Below are positions 1 through 9,809 of a stretch of DNA of 64,000 nucleotides, one piece after another. This DNA is from Clostridia bacterium (lineage in GTDB: Bacteria > Bacillota > Clostridia > Christensenellales > Aristaeellaceae). Numbering within the stretch: the stretch's first letter is position 1; each line of letters opens with the position of its first letter. Location: positions 35,556 through 99,555 of the forward strand of contig JAKSQH010000001.1 in the NCBI GenBank assembly GCA_024404245.1, given 5' to 3'. A model generated the notes under the pieces. The model saw only the letters and a program-made list of their open reading frames with translations, was not told where the DNA came from and searched no databases. A program made the position numbers and the translations under genes.

Positions 1-772
1 AGCGCATCCGGCCGCGCCGGCACCGGCTTCGGCCGTTCTCAGCGGCATTATTACCAAGATGGGTGTGCTGGGCACAATCCGCGTGGTCTTTGAATGCTTC
101 GGAGCGGATTTCATCCGCGGCACATGGGTCCAGACGGTCTGGTCCGTGTTGACGCTCATCACGGTATTCATGGGCAGCATGCTCGCGCTGAAAGAAAACG
201 GTCTGAAGAAACGTCTGGCATACTCCTCCGTCAGCCAGGTCAGCTATGTCCTGTTCGGTCTGTCCACACTCACGGCAACAGGGCTGACAGGGTCCATGCT
301 TCATATCACCTTCCATGCCGCGATAAAATGCACGCTGTTCATGTTCGCCGGCGCTGTTATCTGCAAAACCGGTCTTACAAAAGTCGATGAACTGAAAGGC
401 ATCGGAAAGCGTCTGCCCGCGGTACTCGGTCTGTTCACCGTTGTATCGCTCGGCCTGATCGGCATCCCGCCGACGGGCGGATTTGTCAGCAAGTGGTATC
501 TGGCGCAGGGCGCGCTTGAAACGGAAGGCATTTTCCGTATTGTCGGTCCCGCTGTTCTGCTGATCAGCGCGATCCTCACGGCGGCATATCTTCTCACAAT
601 CACAATCCGCGGTTTCTGGCCCGGCAGGGATACGGATCTGAGCGGGCTGACAAAGGCTCCCGTTACATGGAGAATGCTGATTCCCATGGGCGTGCTCGCC
701 GCCGTTACGGTATTCTGCGGTATGTTCCCGGACCGCCTGATCTCCTTCTTCTCCGAACTGCCCTTCTGCTGA
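1..772 (+). CDS. Proton-conducting membrane subunit (MrpD/NuoL/HyfB family), 5'-truncated by window edge
   Basis: Frame open from base 2 (AHPAAPAPASAVLSGIITKMG). Family motifs LKKRLAYSSVSQ, HAAIK and GIPPTGGFVSKW; very hydrophobic. Confidence 0.9.
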   Translation, partial: AHPAAPAPASAVLSGIITKMGVLGTIRVVFECFGADFIRGTWVQTVWSVLTLITVFMGSMLALKENGLKKRLAYSSVSQVSYVLFGLSTLTATGLTGSMLHITFHAAIKCTLFMFAGAVICKTGLTKVDELKGIGKRLPAVLGLFTVVSLGLIGIPPTGGFVSKWYLAQGALETEGIFRIVGPAVLLISAILTAAYLLTITIRGFWPGRDTDLSGLTKAPVTWRMLIPMGVLAAVTVFCGMFPDRLISFFSELPFC

Positions 773-791
773 AGCCGAAAGGAGCCGGAAA

Positions 792-2252
792 ATGCTTAAA
801 CTGATGCTCGCGCCGCTGATCGCGCTTCTCGGCGGCGGTCTGGTTTTCCTTACATACAGGGGATCGAAAAAGCTGACATTCATACTGTCGGAAATCATCA
901 TCCTGCTGACGGCAGGCGCCGGAGTGTATCTCATATTCAGCGGGGATATTCCGGGCACGGAGCTGCTCCGGATCACCGGCAGTTTCACGCTTTCCTTCCG
1001 TCTGGATCCGACAAACCGTGTGTTTCTCGGGCTGATCTGTTTCCTGTGGCCGTTCGCCGGGCTGTATGCCGCGGAGTATATGGATGAAGACAGGCACTGC
1101 GCGCGGTTTATGGGGTTCTATACCGTGACATTCGGAATCACCGTACTGCTGTGCCTTAGCGCGAACCTTTTCACACTGTATTGTTTCTATGAGATGCTCA
1201 CGCTGATCACGCTGCCGCTTGTCACGCATTATGAGGATCCGGATTCTCTCCGCGCGGGGCTCACCTATCTGAAGTACACCGTAGGCGGGGCGGCGCTCGG
1301 CCTCATGGGGCTGATTGTTCTGGCCTTCTTCGGCGGTACGGGTGAATTTGCCGCCGGCGGATGCCTGAACGCGGAAATGGCTGCCGGTCATGAAACGCTG
1401 CTCAGAGGGACGTTCGTCGCGGCTTTCATCGGTTTCTCCGCCAAGGCCGCTGTCTTCCCGCTGAGCCGCTGGCTTCCCGAAGCCTCCGTCGCGCCGACGC
1501 CGGTCACCGCGCTGCTGCACGCGGTAGCAGTGGTCAACGCGGGCGCGTTCGCGGCGATCCGGCTGATATACCATGCTTTCGGCACGGAACTGATCGCCGG
1601 CACCTGGGCACAGACAGCGGTCCTTCTGCTGAGCGCCTTTACACTCCTCTACGGCGCTGTCAAAGCAATCCGTGAGCAGCATCTGAAACGAAGGCTGGCA
1701 TGGAGTACAGTATCCAACCTGAGCTATATGCTGTTTTCCGCCTGCGTGATGACACAGGCCGGCATGACCGGGGCACTCAATCATATGGTATCCCACGGGC
1801 TGATGAAAATAACGCTGTTCTTCTGCGCCGGTATCTGGCTGGTCCGCGGCGGCAGAGCCGAACTGAAGGACCTGAACGGTATCGGCAGACGGATGCCATT
1901 TACAGCCGCCGTATTTATGCTGGCAGCTGTCGCGCTTACAGGCATTCCTCCGTTGCCGGGCTTCCTGTCCAAGTGGCGGATGCTGACCGCGGCAGTGGAT
2001 CTGGGCTCAGCCGGAGCCATTGCCGGCACAGCGGCAATGGTCACCGCGGCGGTTATGTGCTGCGCGTATGCCATTGTTCCAGCCGTCAATATGTTCTTCC
2101 TCAGTGAATCAACTGTATCCAGAGCGAAGCCGGCATCGGATCCCGGTTGGAGAATGAAGCTGACGCTCGCGGTTCTGGCCGCTGCGCTTATCTTCCTTTC
2201 CTTCGATTCCGGATGGCTCACTGAAATTCTTAACGCGGCGTCAATCGTGTAA
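792..2252 (+). CDS. Proton-conducting membrane subunit (MrpD/NuoL/HyfB family)
   Basis: FYEMLT, KAAVFPLSRWLPEA-APTPVTALLH, LKRRLAWST, GIPPLPGFLSKW; AAGGAG RBS upstream. Confidence 0.9.
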   Translation: MLKLMLAPLIALLGGGLVFLTYRGSKKLTFILSEIIILLTAGAGVYLIFSGDIPGTELLRITGSFTLSFRLDPTNRVFLGLICFLWPFAGLYAAEYMDEDRHCARFMGFYTVTFGITVLLCLSANLFTLYCFYEMLTLITLPLVTHYEDPDSLRAGLTYLKYTVGGAALGLMGLIVLAFFGGTGEFAAGGCLNAEMAAGHETLLRGTFVAAFIGFSAKAAVFPLSRWLPEASVAPTPVTALLHAVAVVNAGAFAAIRLIYHAFGTELIAGTWAQTAVLLLSAFTLLYGAVKAIREQHLKRRLAWSTVSNLSYMLFSACVMTQAGMTGALNHMVSHGLMKITLFFCAGIWLVRGGRAELKDLNGIGRRMPFTAAVFMLAAVALTGIPPLPGFLSKWRMLTAAVDLGSAGAIAGTAAMVTAAVMCCAYAIVPAVNMFFLSESTVSRAKPASDPGWRMKLTLAVLAAALIFLSFDSGWLTEILNAASIV

Positions 2253-2322
2253 CGGTTCCCGTCCGGTAAACAGAATCCCATTAATACAGACATCGGGTCT
2301 TTACGGACTCAAAGGAGGGCAT

Positions 2323-4347
2323 ATGACCTTCTCCTTCCCGCTTTGCGGCTTCCCGCTGACCTTCCGGGCGGACGGATTCCGGATCCTTTACTCCGTCATT
2401 GCCCTGTTCATGTGGGGAATGTCCGCGCTGTTCTCTCCCAGATATTTCAGAGGGCACGGGCACACCGGCAGGTATGCATGCTTTACGGCGGTCACCTTTC
2501 TGGCCACTGTCGGCGTATTTCTGTCCGATGATCTCTTCTGCACCTTTATCTTTTTTGAAATCATGTCCCTGTCAAGCTATCCGTGGGTCGTGCAGGAAGA
2601 AACACGGGAAGCGCTGCGTGCCGGGCAGACCTATCTCGCCGTCGCGATTCTCGGCGGTATGGTCACCCTGATGGGCATGTTCCTGATGTGGCGTATGACC
2701 GGAACGCTTTCGTTCGGCGGCCTGCGCAATTATGCCGCCGAAGCGGGCAACCCCGCCGCGCTGTATCTGCCGGGAGCACTGATCTTTTTCGGTTTCGCGG
2801 CAAAAGCGGGTGTCTTCCCACTTCACATCTGGCTGCCGAAAGCGCATCCCGTGGCACCGGCTCCCGCCAGCGCGCTGCTCTCCGGCATTCTGACAAAAGG
2901 CGGCGTATTCGGTATTCTCGTCGTCAGCTGCAATCTGTTCGCGGGCGATCCCGGCTGGGGGAATTTCCTGCTTCTGCTGGCGATGATCACCATGGTGCTA
3001 GGCGCGGCGATGGCGGTTTTCTCCGTGGATCTGAAGCGGACACTCGCCTGTTCCTCCATGAGCCAGATCGGTTTTATTCTGACGGGCGTCGCGATGACCG
3101 TACTGCTGGGTGAGGAAAGCGGCACGGCAATCCGCGGTACCGTACTGCATATGGTGAACCACAGCCTGCTGAAGCTGGACCTGTTCCTGTGCGCCGGCGC
3201 CGTATATATGAACACGCACAGTCTGGATCTGAATACAATAAGAGGTTTCGGCCGCGGCAAACCGTTTCTGCATTTCTGTTTCGCGATGGGATATCTGGGT
3301 ATTATCGGCATGCCGCTTTTCAACGGTTTCCTGTCCAAGAGCCTGCTGCACGAAGCGATTCTCGAGCAGTATGCCGAAAACGGCGCGTGGGTATACAAAG
3401 CGGCGGAGATCCTGTTCCTGTTCTCCGGCGGACTCACAGCCGCCTATATGACCAAACTGTATATCTGTATCTTCCATCAGAAAAACAAAGACGCGAAACT
3501 GCAGCAAAAATACAACGGTATGACACGTTATCTTTCCCCTGCCTCCGCCGTCGCGCTGGGGCTGAGTGCTTCTGTACTGCCTGTTCTCGGCATGCTGCCC
3601 GACCTTACCGCCGGCCGTCTGGCTGACAAGGCAGCGCCGTTCCTCGGCGGAGTATCATCCCAACCTGTCATTCACTGGTTCAGCGGAGAGAATATCAAAG
3701 GCGCGCTGATTTCACTCGCGATCGGCGCGGCGGGATATTGCCTGATCCGAAAATTCCTGATGAAGGAAGATCGCTACGTAAACCGCTGGCCCGCGTGGCT
3801 GGATCTGGAAGACCGTGTCTACCGTCCGCTGGCGGAGCGCGTACTGCCTGCCGTCGGTCTGCTGATCGGCCGCGCCGCGGACAGACTGATCGACAATCCG
3901 TTCTGTATGAAATTACTGCCGGCCGGCATAACAGCGATCACCAGAGGATTGGAGCACGCCGTTGAAAACCGCCTCTGCACAAAAACGGTTCCGGCTTGTG
4001 TCACGGGCATCACACGCGCACTGGATAAGGCGTCGGATACCGCGATGGTTGCCCTGCGCCGTACACTTTTTCGCAGAGAAAAGAAAGCGGATCGCGCCCT
4101 GTCGGCAAGCGATCATATCCGTCTGATGGCAGGCAACGCGATGAACCGGTCCGACGCGGCAATGGACGCCCTGTTCCATGAAAAAGAATACAAAGGGCGG
4201 CGAAAAGACCACGTAGCCCGTCTTTTCGCCCTGAAAGAAGAAACATACAAGGCAAACCGGTATATTTCCAGAAGCGTCAGCTACGGTCTGCTCCTGCTGG
4301 CACTCGGTCTGTGCGCGGCACTGATCTGGCTGATTGTGAACCGTTAA
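2323..4347 (+). CDS. Proton-conducting membrane subunit (HyfB/MrpA/NuoL-like) with long C-terminal extension
   Basis: FFEIMS, KAGVFPLHIWLPKAHPVAPAPASALLSG, LKRTLACSS, GMPLFNGFLSK; AAGGAGG RBS. Confidence 0.9.
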   Translation: MTFSFPLCGFPLTFRADGFRILYSVIALFMWGMSALFSPRYFRGHGHTGRYACFTAVTFLATVGVFLSDDLFCTFIFFEIMSLSSYPWVVQEETREALRAGQTYLAVAILGGMVTLMGMFLMWRMTGTLSFGGLRNYAAEAGNPAALYLPGALIFFGFAAKAGVFPLHIWLPKAHPVAPAPASALLSGILTKGGVFGILVVSCNLFAGDPGWGNFLLLLAMITMVLGAAMAVFSVDLKRTLACSSMSQIGFILTGVAMTVLLGEESGTAIRGTVLHMVNHSLLKLDLFLCAGAVYMNTHSLDLNTIRGFGRGKPFLHFCFAMGYLGIIGMPLFNGFLSKSLLHEAILEQYAENGAWVYKAAEILFLFSGGLTAAYMTKLYICIFHQKNKDAKLQQKYNGMTRYLSPASAVALGLSASVLPVLGMLPDLTAGRLADKAAPFLGGVSSQPVIHWFSGENIKGALISLAIGAAGYCLIRKFLMKEDRYVNRWPAWLDLEDRVYRPLAERVLPAVGLLIGRAADRLIDNPFCMKLLPAGITAITRGLEHAVENRLCTKTVPACVTGITRALDKASDTAMVALRRTLFRREKKADRALSASDHIRLMAGNAMNRSDAAMDALFHEKEYKGRRKDHVARLFALKEETYKANRYISRSVSYGLLLLALGLCAALIWLIVNR

Positions 4348-4386
4348 CGGTCACAGCGCGCCAAACAGCCGTTTGCAGGCATAAAT

Positions 4387-4441
4387 AAAAAGGTTGTCAT
4401 TGCACACAGGCACTTTACCGTGTTCACTGACAACCTTTTTT
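4387..4441. terminator. Bidirectional intrinsic terminator
   Basis: AAAAAGGTTGTCA...TGACAACCTTTTT inverted repeat with A/T tails between convergent genes. Confidence 0.75.
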
Positions 4442-4463
4442 GTTCCGGAGCAAACACAGTTTC

Positions 4464-5378
4464 TCAGAACAGCGTCTCCGGATATACCCCTTCATCGTGC
4501 ATCTTTTTCAGTTCAGCCTGAACATAAGGCTTATCTTCCTTATAAGTCACTCCGAACCATACCGCGTCCGTACTGAGCACATCCACCGGCATTTTTTCCT
4601 CATGCATCAGCTGATCCACAAGCGTCGGCAGTACATACTCCGCTTTCAGCTCACCCTCAGGCAGCCCCTTCAGGAACGCGGCGAAATTTTCTTCGGCTTT
4701 CTTGAAGATCCACGGTGTAAAGCCGAAAAAATTCATGCTTACAAGGCCGTCCGGGTTCAGCGGAACACCCGCCGGATCAGTCGCCGTATCCCGGATTGTT
4801 CCATCCGGGAACAGTGTGATTTTATACGTTTCCTTAATGGAGGACAGGCGGCCGGATTCATCAACATCACATACCCCGCGTGTTACATGGCCGTGTTCGC
4901 TGACCGTGTTTTTCAGATAATAGCCCACCATGCAGGAATGACGGCTGTCTCTCAGCTTTTCAAGATGGTCCGCCATGGTTGCAAACGCGGATACACCGTA
5001 GTAATCGTCCGCGTTGACCACGGCAAAAGGCTCATGAATAATATTGCGGGCCGCGAGAATCGCCTGCACGGTACCCAGCGGTTTCGTCCGTTCAGCCGGA
5101 ACACTGCATCTCGCCGGAACATCGTTCATGTCCTGAAACACGTATTCCACACGGATCTTCTTTGAAATCATGTCCCCGAATTTTTCCCTGAACATCGTCT
5201 CAAAGTCGCGTTTGATCACAAACACAACCTTGTCGAATCCCGCTTTCATCGCGTCAAAAACGGAATACATCATCAGTATTTCATTATGCGGTCCCATGCC
5301 GTCAATTTGCTTGTTTCCGCCGTATCGGGAACCCATACCGGCAGCCATAACAAGAAGTGTCTTTTGCATCGCGGTCAA
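4464..5378 (-). CDS. Sugar-phosphate nucleotidyltransferase family protein
   Basis: N-terminal MAAGMGSRYGGNKQ signature; PLGT, VVNADDYYG, WFGVTY. Confidence 0.85.
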   Translation of the reverse strand: MTAMQKTLLVMAAGMGSRYGGNKQIDGMGPHNEILMMYSVFDAMKAGFDKVVFVIKRDFETMFREKFGDMISKKIRVEYVFQDMNDVPARCSVPAERTKPLGTVQAILAARNIIHEPFAVVNADDYYGVSAFATMADHLEKLRDSRHSCMVGYYLKNTVSEHGHVTRGVCDVDESGRLSSIKETYKITLFPDGTIRDTATDPAGVPLNPDGLVSMNFFGFTPWIFKKAEENFAAFLKGLPEGELKAEYVLPTLVDQLMHEEKMPVDVLSTDAVWFGVTYKEDKPYVQAELKKMHDEGVYPETLF

Positions 5379-5401
5379 TCTCCGTTTCCAGGCAGTATCG
5401 A

Positions 5402-6454
5402 TTATTTTATATGCGCCGTAATCGTCATATCCGCGGTTACACCTTCAAGCGTGAATACGTTCGCCGCGGTGTCCGCTGAAACTGTGATTCCGTTGATCAC
5501 CCAATAATCCACTTCACCGGCAGCGGTAACAGTAAAGGACGCGGGCGCCGTAAGCGTAAGCACAGCCGAAGGTTCATCCGCGGAGCCGGCGGCACTCAGC
5601 AGAGCACCTTCCGCGCTGATCGTGACCGTTCCGTCGGAAACAGGCGCGGGTGTTGCCTGCGGTGCTTTGGTTTTCTTGGGTTTCGGCGTCGGTGTGGGTG
5701 TCGGTGCGGGCGTCTGTACACCGGCCGGCAGTTCCATACCTTCAATCATGATAATCAACGGATCGGTTTTCGCCGTGAACGAACCGTTGGTCAATTTGCA
5801 GTAAACGGACCATCCGTTCATTTCCTTCGGAATATCTGTCAATGTGAGCTTTGCTTTGGCGGCGCCGGAAATCGTCAACTTTTTGAAGGTTTTCATCACC
5901 GTCTTCGCGTTATACTCTCTTTTGCTTTTCGGATGAACAAATATCCATTTATATACCTTTGCGTTCTGCGCCTTCACTGTCAGGCTGCATGAACCGCCGT
6001 CCGGCACAACTGGTGACGCAGACAATTTGGTAATTGTCGGTGTAACCGGTTCCGGGGTCGGCGTCGGAATTTCCATACCCTTAATGAAAATCCGCGCCAT
6101 ATCGGATTTCACGGTAAACCCGTCTCCGCCGAGCTTGCAGTAATAGGACCATCCGTTCATGGATTCCGGAACATTCTTCAGCGTAAAGGATTGTTTGTTG
6201 GGGCCGGTGGTCTTGAGTCCCTTGATTGACCTGGCGATTTTTTTACCGGTGATCTCCTTACCGGTTTTCGGATTGACAAAAACCCAGGTCAGTGACTTGT
6301 AATTCCTGGCCTGTACTGTCAGTACACAGCTCTTCCCCGCAACCACAGTAATATCTTCCGGCTGTTGGGAAAAGGAGGGTTTCGCGGCCAGCGCGGTGCC
6401 TCCGCAGCCGACAACAAGCACAAGAATCAGCAACAGGGTTATCATTTTTCTCAT
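5402..6454 (-). CDS. Secreted protein with two Ig-like domains and Pro/Thr linkers
   Basis: Start moved to MRKMITLL (GGAGG RBS). Signal peptide ending ALA; two repeats CxLTVxA...W.FV.PK...MNGWS.YCKL. Confidence 0.75.
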   Translation of the reverse strand: MRKMITLLLILVLVVGCGGTALAAKPSFSQQPEDITVVAGKSCVLTVQARNYKSLTWVFVNPKTGKEITGKKIARSIKGLKTTGPNKQSFTLKNVPESMNGWSYYCKLGGDGFTVKSDMARIFIKGMEIPTPTPEPVTPTITKLSASPVVPDGGSCSLTVKAQNAKVYKWIFVHPKSKREYNAKTVMKTFKKLTISGAAKAKLTLTDIPKEMNGWSVYCKLTNGSFTAKTDPLIIMIEGMELPAGVQTPAPTPTPTPKPKKTKAPQATPAPVSDGTVTISAEGALLSAAGSADEPSAVLTLTAPASFTVTAAGEVDYWVINGITVSADTAANVFTLEGVTADMTITAHIK

Positions 6455-6535
6455 TCCGTATGCCTCCTCTCTGTATCGCTTTTCATTACATTCGGACTCT
6501 GCAGGCTGTATCAAATCATCCGTGATCATTACCTA

Positions 6536-7591
6536 TTACTTCTTATTCTTGTCACGCAGTTTTTTTACCTGCTTCTGGATTTTGTTATACACACCGTTCC
6601 ATTCCGCATACGCGGAATCCTCCCTGTGATCCGGGAAATCATAATTTTCGTGAAGCCATTTGGCAAAGAGGTCCGTAAACTTCACGGCACCGTTATAATT
6701 AACATGACCCTGATTATAAAAATCCTTTTTCCGGTTAAAGTACTGTGCAATAATCTCATCCGTATTCAAATTGAGATACGGTATATCTTCGTCCTCAAGA
6801 AGACAGAAGATTGTATCTGTTACTGAGGACTTTGCCTCATCCACGTAATGCGGATTGTCCACAAACAGAATATTCAGGTTTTTTTCTCTGGCAAAAGTAA
6901 TCAATTCAAGGAGATACCCTTCATTTGCCTCATTCAGCGCGTTCATTTCCTCGGCGTATACGGATGCTTTCAGAGTCTCGGCTCCTGTCGCGGTCGTTGT
7001 GGAAAGGTGATAACCGAGATATTTGGACACGGGCTGATTGACAATTGAAAAATCATCCTCATCCCATTCCCCGTGATCGGAAATGAAGGTAAAAAGCAAC
7101 CCGGGCTGAATGAACCCGTACGTATCAGGTTCAAGTCCGTGCAGATGCTTTGCCGTTCTGAAAATCATTTCGAACCTTCCCGGGCTGAAGAAATCCAGCG
7201 TATCGATAACCTTTCTGGCATTTGCCATACTGGTCGTAGCGGACGGCGATGTAATAAAAGGACGGACATCGAAAATAAAAAGCTTCGGCTGTTGATAACG
7301 GAGTACTTCCTTTACCAAGGGCAGATAAGCATATGCCGGCATACTGTCACTTGAAACATCGTATACAGCCATACCGTAGTCATCATAAGCCTTTGCCGTA
7401 ATAAAGTAGCGGTCCACGGCGCTTGTTCCGATATAAACGGCATCGATCATACCGGGGCTAAAGGTTTTAAACAGGTTATACCGCTGGGCAATTAATGTAT
7501 CTTCGGTTTCGAAAACATCACTCAGCGCGACGAAAACCAGTATCAGAACCAGGGAGAAAGAGATAATACGTATTATCTGTTTCCAGTTCAT
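6536..7591 (-). CDS. Membrane-anchored SGNH-like acyltransferase partner (DltD/AlgJ/PatB-like)
   Basis: Start MNWKQ; N-terminal TM helix; YIGTS (GxS block) and DFYNQGHVN (His block); directly downstream of an MBOAT. Confidence 0.7.
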   Translation of the reverse strand: MNWKQIIRIISFSLVLILVFVALSDVFETEDTLIAQRYNLFKTFSPGMIDAVYIGTSAVDRYFITAKAYDDYGMAVYDVSSDSMPAYAYLPLVKEVLRYQQPKLFIFDVRPFITSPSATTSMANARKVIDTLDFFSPGRFEMIFRTAKHLHGLEPDTYGFIQPGLLFTFISDHGEWDEDDFSIVNQPVSKYLGYHLSTTTATGAETLKASVYAEEMNALNEANEGYLLELITFAREKNLNILFVDNPHYVDEAKSSVTDTIFCLLEDEDIPYLNLNTDEIIAQYFNRKKDFYNQGHVNYNGAVKFTDLFAKWLHENYDFPDHREDSAYAEWNGVYNKIQKQVKKLRDKNKK

Positions 7592-7631
7592 TACCGCAAC
7601 AATCCTTTCTGCTCGAATTCCATACAGACCA

Positions 7632-9239
7632 TCAGAATTCCTGATAGATGAACGCGGACGCGTCATATCCGGCACCGTAACATCCGAATATCACTATAAC
7701 CGAGATCACCGCGATATACAGCATCCAGCGAAACACCAACGGCTGTTCGCTGATACGGTCGCGAATCTGAACACCGCGTTCTTTCAGCAGGTCCACCACA
7801 AACAGAACCAGCAGCGCGGCCAGCAAAATGAGCATGCTTCTCGGGGAAATTCCGAGCTCAAACAGTTTACCGTTATTGATAACCAGCAGATTCAGATCAA
7901 CGTTTGTCAATATCTTTTTCAAGATCGCGAAAGCCGCGCCCAACCCGGGGGACTGCGTAATGACCTTCGCGACACAGGTCAGCAGGAACGTACGGATGAT
8001 TCTGAACAGTTTCCAGGAGAATGCCGTCTGATAGCGCGGAATCCTGGCGGTTAGCTTATCAAACAAAGGCGTCAGTGCTACGCCGCCGGCAATCACAATC
8101 GCGTTGTACAGTCCGTAAACAATCCACTGCCAGCTGGCGCCGTGCCAGATGCCCATCAGCATGAAAACAACAAAAGGAGCGGCAATCGAAGGAACCAGTT
8201 TGGTTGCCCCCGGACCGAATTTCGAACGGAAAAATTTCGATATGCGGTTGACCGGTTTGGACAGCATCACAGGGAAGAAAACATATTCCCGCATGAAGTC
8301 ACCCAGCGTGATGTGCCATCTGCGCCAGTAATCCGTCATGGATTCAGCGAAATACGGCTGTGTGAAGTTTTTGGGCATTTGAATGCCGAACATCTGCGCG
8401 GCACCGATCACAATATTGATGCCGCCTGCAAAGTCTCCGTAGATCTGAATCGCGTATGCCAGCACTCCGAGAAACAAAGCCGTTCCGGAATAGCCGGCAT
8501 AATCGGCGGAAAAGACTTTGGCAACCATCGGAGCAACTCTGTCCGAGATCACAAGCTTCATAAAGAAGCCCCACAGCATCAGCTGCGCGCCGTATTTCAG
8601 GTTTTTATATTCCAGCTTGTGCCCTTCCCGGAATTGCACACCGACCACGTCAAAGTGGTTGATCGGGCCCTGAACAATGGACGGGAAAAACGAAATAAAC
8701 AGCGCGAACCTGCCGAAATGGCGTTCCGCGTCATATTTCCCTTTGCCTACATCAATCAGATAGCCGATCGACATAAAGGTATAGAAGGAGATACCCAGCG
8801 GTACCAGAATCGAGAATGCCGGAAACTGAAAGGAAATATGAAGTGCGTTCAGCAGGCTGTTGGAAATCTGCGCCAGGAACGGAACATACTTCACAACAAT
8901 CAGAACCAGAAGATCAACCAGCAGGGCAATTGTCTGCACCAGATGGATCTTTGCGGACATCCGCTTCTTCAGTTCCTTCTTTTCCTCTTTGCTGAGCGGA
9001 TGCTCCGGATCCTGAAGCTTCACTTTGTTTTCGTCCCGGGTTTTCTGCATGATCAGACCGGCAGCATAGGTAACCGCGGTTGTAAATACAATGAACGCGA
9101 TCTGAGGGATTCCGTTCAGCAGATAAAAAGCATAGCTGGCCGCAAGCAGGACCGCCCACTGAAAGCGGCGCGGAATCAGATAGTACAGCAGCAGAACCGG
9201 TATCAGGAAACCCAGGAATTCCAAAGAAACATAAGCCAT
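7632..9239 (-). CDS. MBOAT family O-acyltransferase (AlgI/DltB-like)
   Basis: PLGISFYTF, FFPSIVQGPI, QIYGDFAG, NFTQPY, WRRWHITL and GIWHG (catalytic His); start MAYVS. Confidence 0.93.
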   Translation of the reverse strand: MAYVSLEFLGFLIPVLLLYYLIPRRFQWAVLLAASYAFYLLNGIPQIAFIVFTTAVTYAAGLIMQKTRDENKVKLQDPEHPLSKEEKKELKKRMSAKIHLVQTIALLVDLLVLIVVKYVPFLAQISNSLLNALHISFQFPAFSILVPLGISFYTFMSIGYLIDVGKGKYDAERHFGRFALFISFFPSIVQGPINHFDVVGVQFREGHKLEYKNLKYGAQLMLWGFFMKLVISDRVAPMVAKVFSADYAGYSGTALFLGVLAYAIQIYGDFAGGINIVIGAAQMFGIQMPKNFTQPYFAESMTDYWRRWHITLGDFMREYVFFPVMLSKPVNRISKFFRSKFGPGATKLVPSIAAPFVVFMLMGIWHGASWQWIVYGLYNAIVIAGGVALTPLFDKLTARIPRYQTAFSWKLFRIIRTFLLTCVAKVITQSPGLGAAFAILKKILTNVDLNLLVINNGKLFELGISPRSMLILLAALLVLFVVDLLKERGVQIRDRISEQPLVFRWMLYIAVISVIVIFGCYGAGYDASAFIYQEF

Positions 9240-9294
9240 ACGTTCACATCCTAACATACAGTCCGGCAAAAGCGTACCGGCATTCCGTCCTTAC

Positions 9295-9331
9295 AAAAAG
9301 AAAGCCGATGATAAATCCATCGGCCGGCTTT
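9295..9331 (-). terminator. Terminator-like hairpin between acp and MBOAT
   Basis: Minus strand GCCGATGgatttatCATCGGC followed by TTTCTTTTTG. Confidence 0.5.
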
Positions 9332-9344
9332 CAGGAACCAAGGA

Positions 9345-9578
9345 TCACGCGTCTTCCTGAAGTCTCTCCACGAGCGCGCAGATCGCGTCAACGCTGTTGA
9401 AGTTTTCAGGCAGCATATCATCGATCCCGATCTCCACATCAAACGTGTCCGCGAGCTCGCTGATCAGGCTGATCACATCAAAGGAATCAAGCAGTTTGTC
9501 ATCGATCAATTTTTCTTCAGCCGCGTAATTGATGCCGCCCTTGACCTGCTCAAGAATACCGATAATCTGTTCTTTCAT
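9345..9578 (-). CDS. Acyl/aminoacyl carrier protein (DltC-like)
   Basis: 77 aa acidic protein from MKEQII; LLDSFDVISL phosphopantetheine-Ser motif; PENFNSVDAI tail. Confidence 0.9.
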   Translation of the reverse strand: MKEQIIGILEQVKGGINYAAEEKLIDDKLLDSFDVISLISELADTFDVEIGIDDMLPENFNSVDAICALVERLQEDA

Positions 9579-9668
9579 AAATGGTTTCTCCCTTCTGGTT
9601 GTCTTCACGGCGGAAAGTGTCCCCGGTCTGTATCCGAACCGGATCATCAATGTTTCACATGATTAAAA

Positions 9669-9697
9669 AGTATATAATATCCTGTTCTCTTTGTCAA
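9669..9697 (-). promoter_or_regulatory. Sigma-A promoter for acp-MBOAT-SGNH
   Basis: TTGACA-17 nt-TATACT on minus strand. Confidence 0.7.
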
Positions 9698-9809
9698 ACA
9701 AAATCAATGTCTATAGCTTATAATATTTCATAATTTTGTAATATTTGCTGTTGCAATCCTTTCCCGGCAAAAATATAATATACTTGTTATTCTTCATAAT
9801 ATCCGAGTT

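Noticed and set aside
705-1796. 363-aa minus-strand ORF (likewise 8142-9254, 11078-11929, 24296-25168, 46372-47205, 56184-57053)
   Set aside because: Shadows opposite well-supported genes in GC-rich DNA.
6536-9578. Naming the cassette dltBCD
   Set aside because: No dltA or dltX adjacent, and the MBOAT is AlgI-length; the substrate cannot be assigned.
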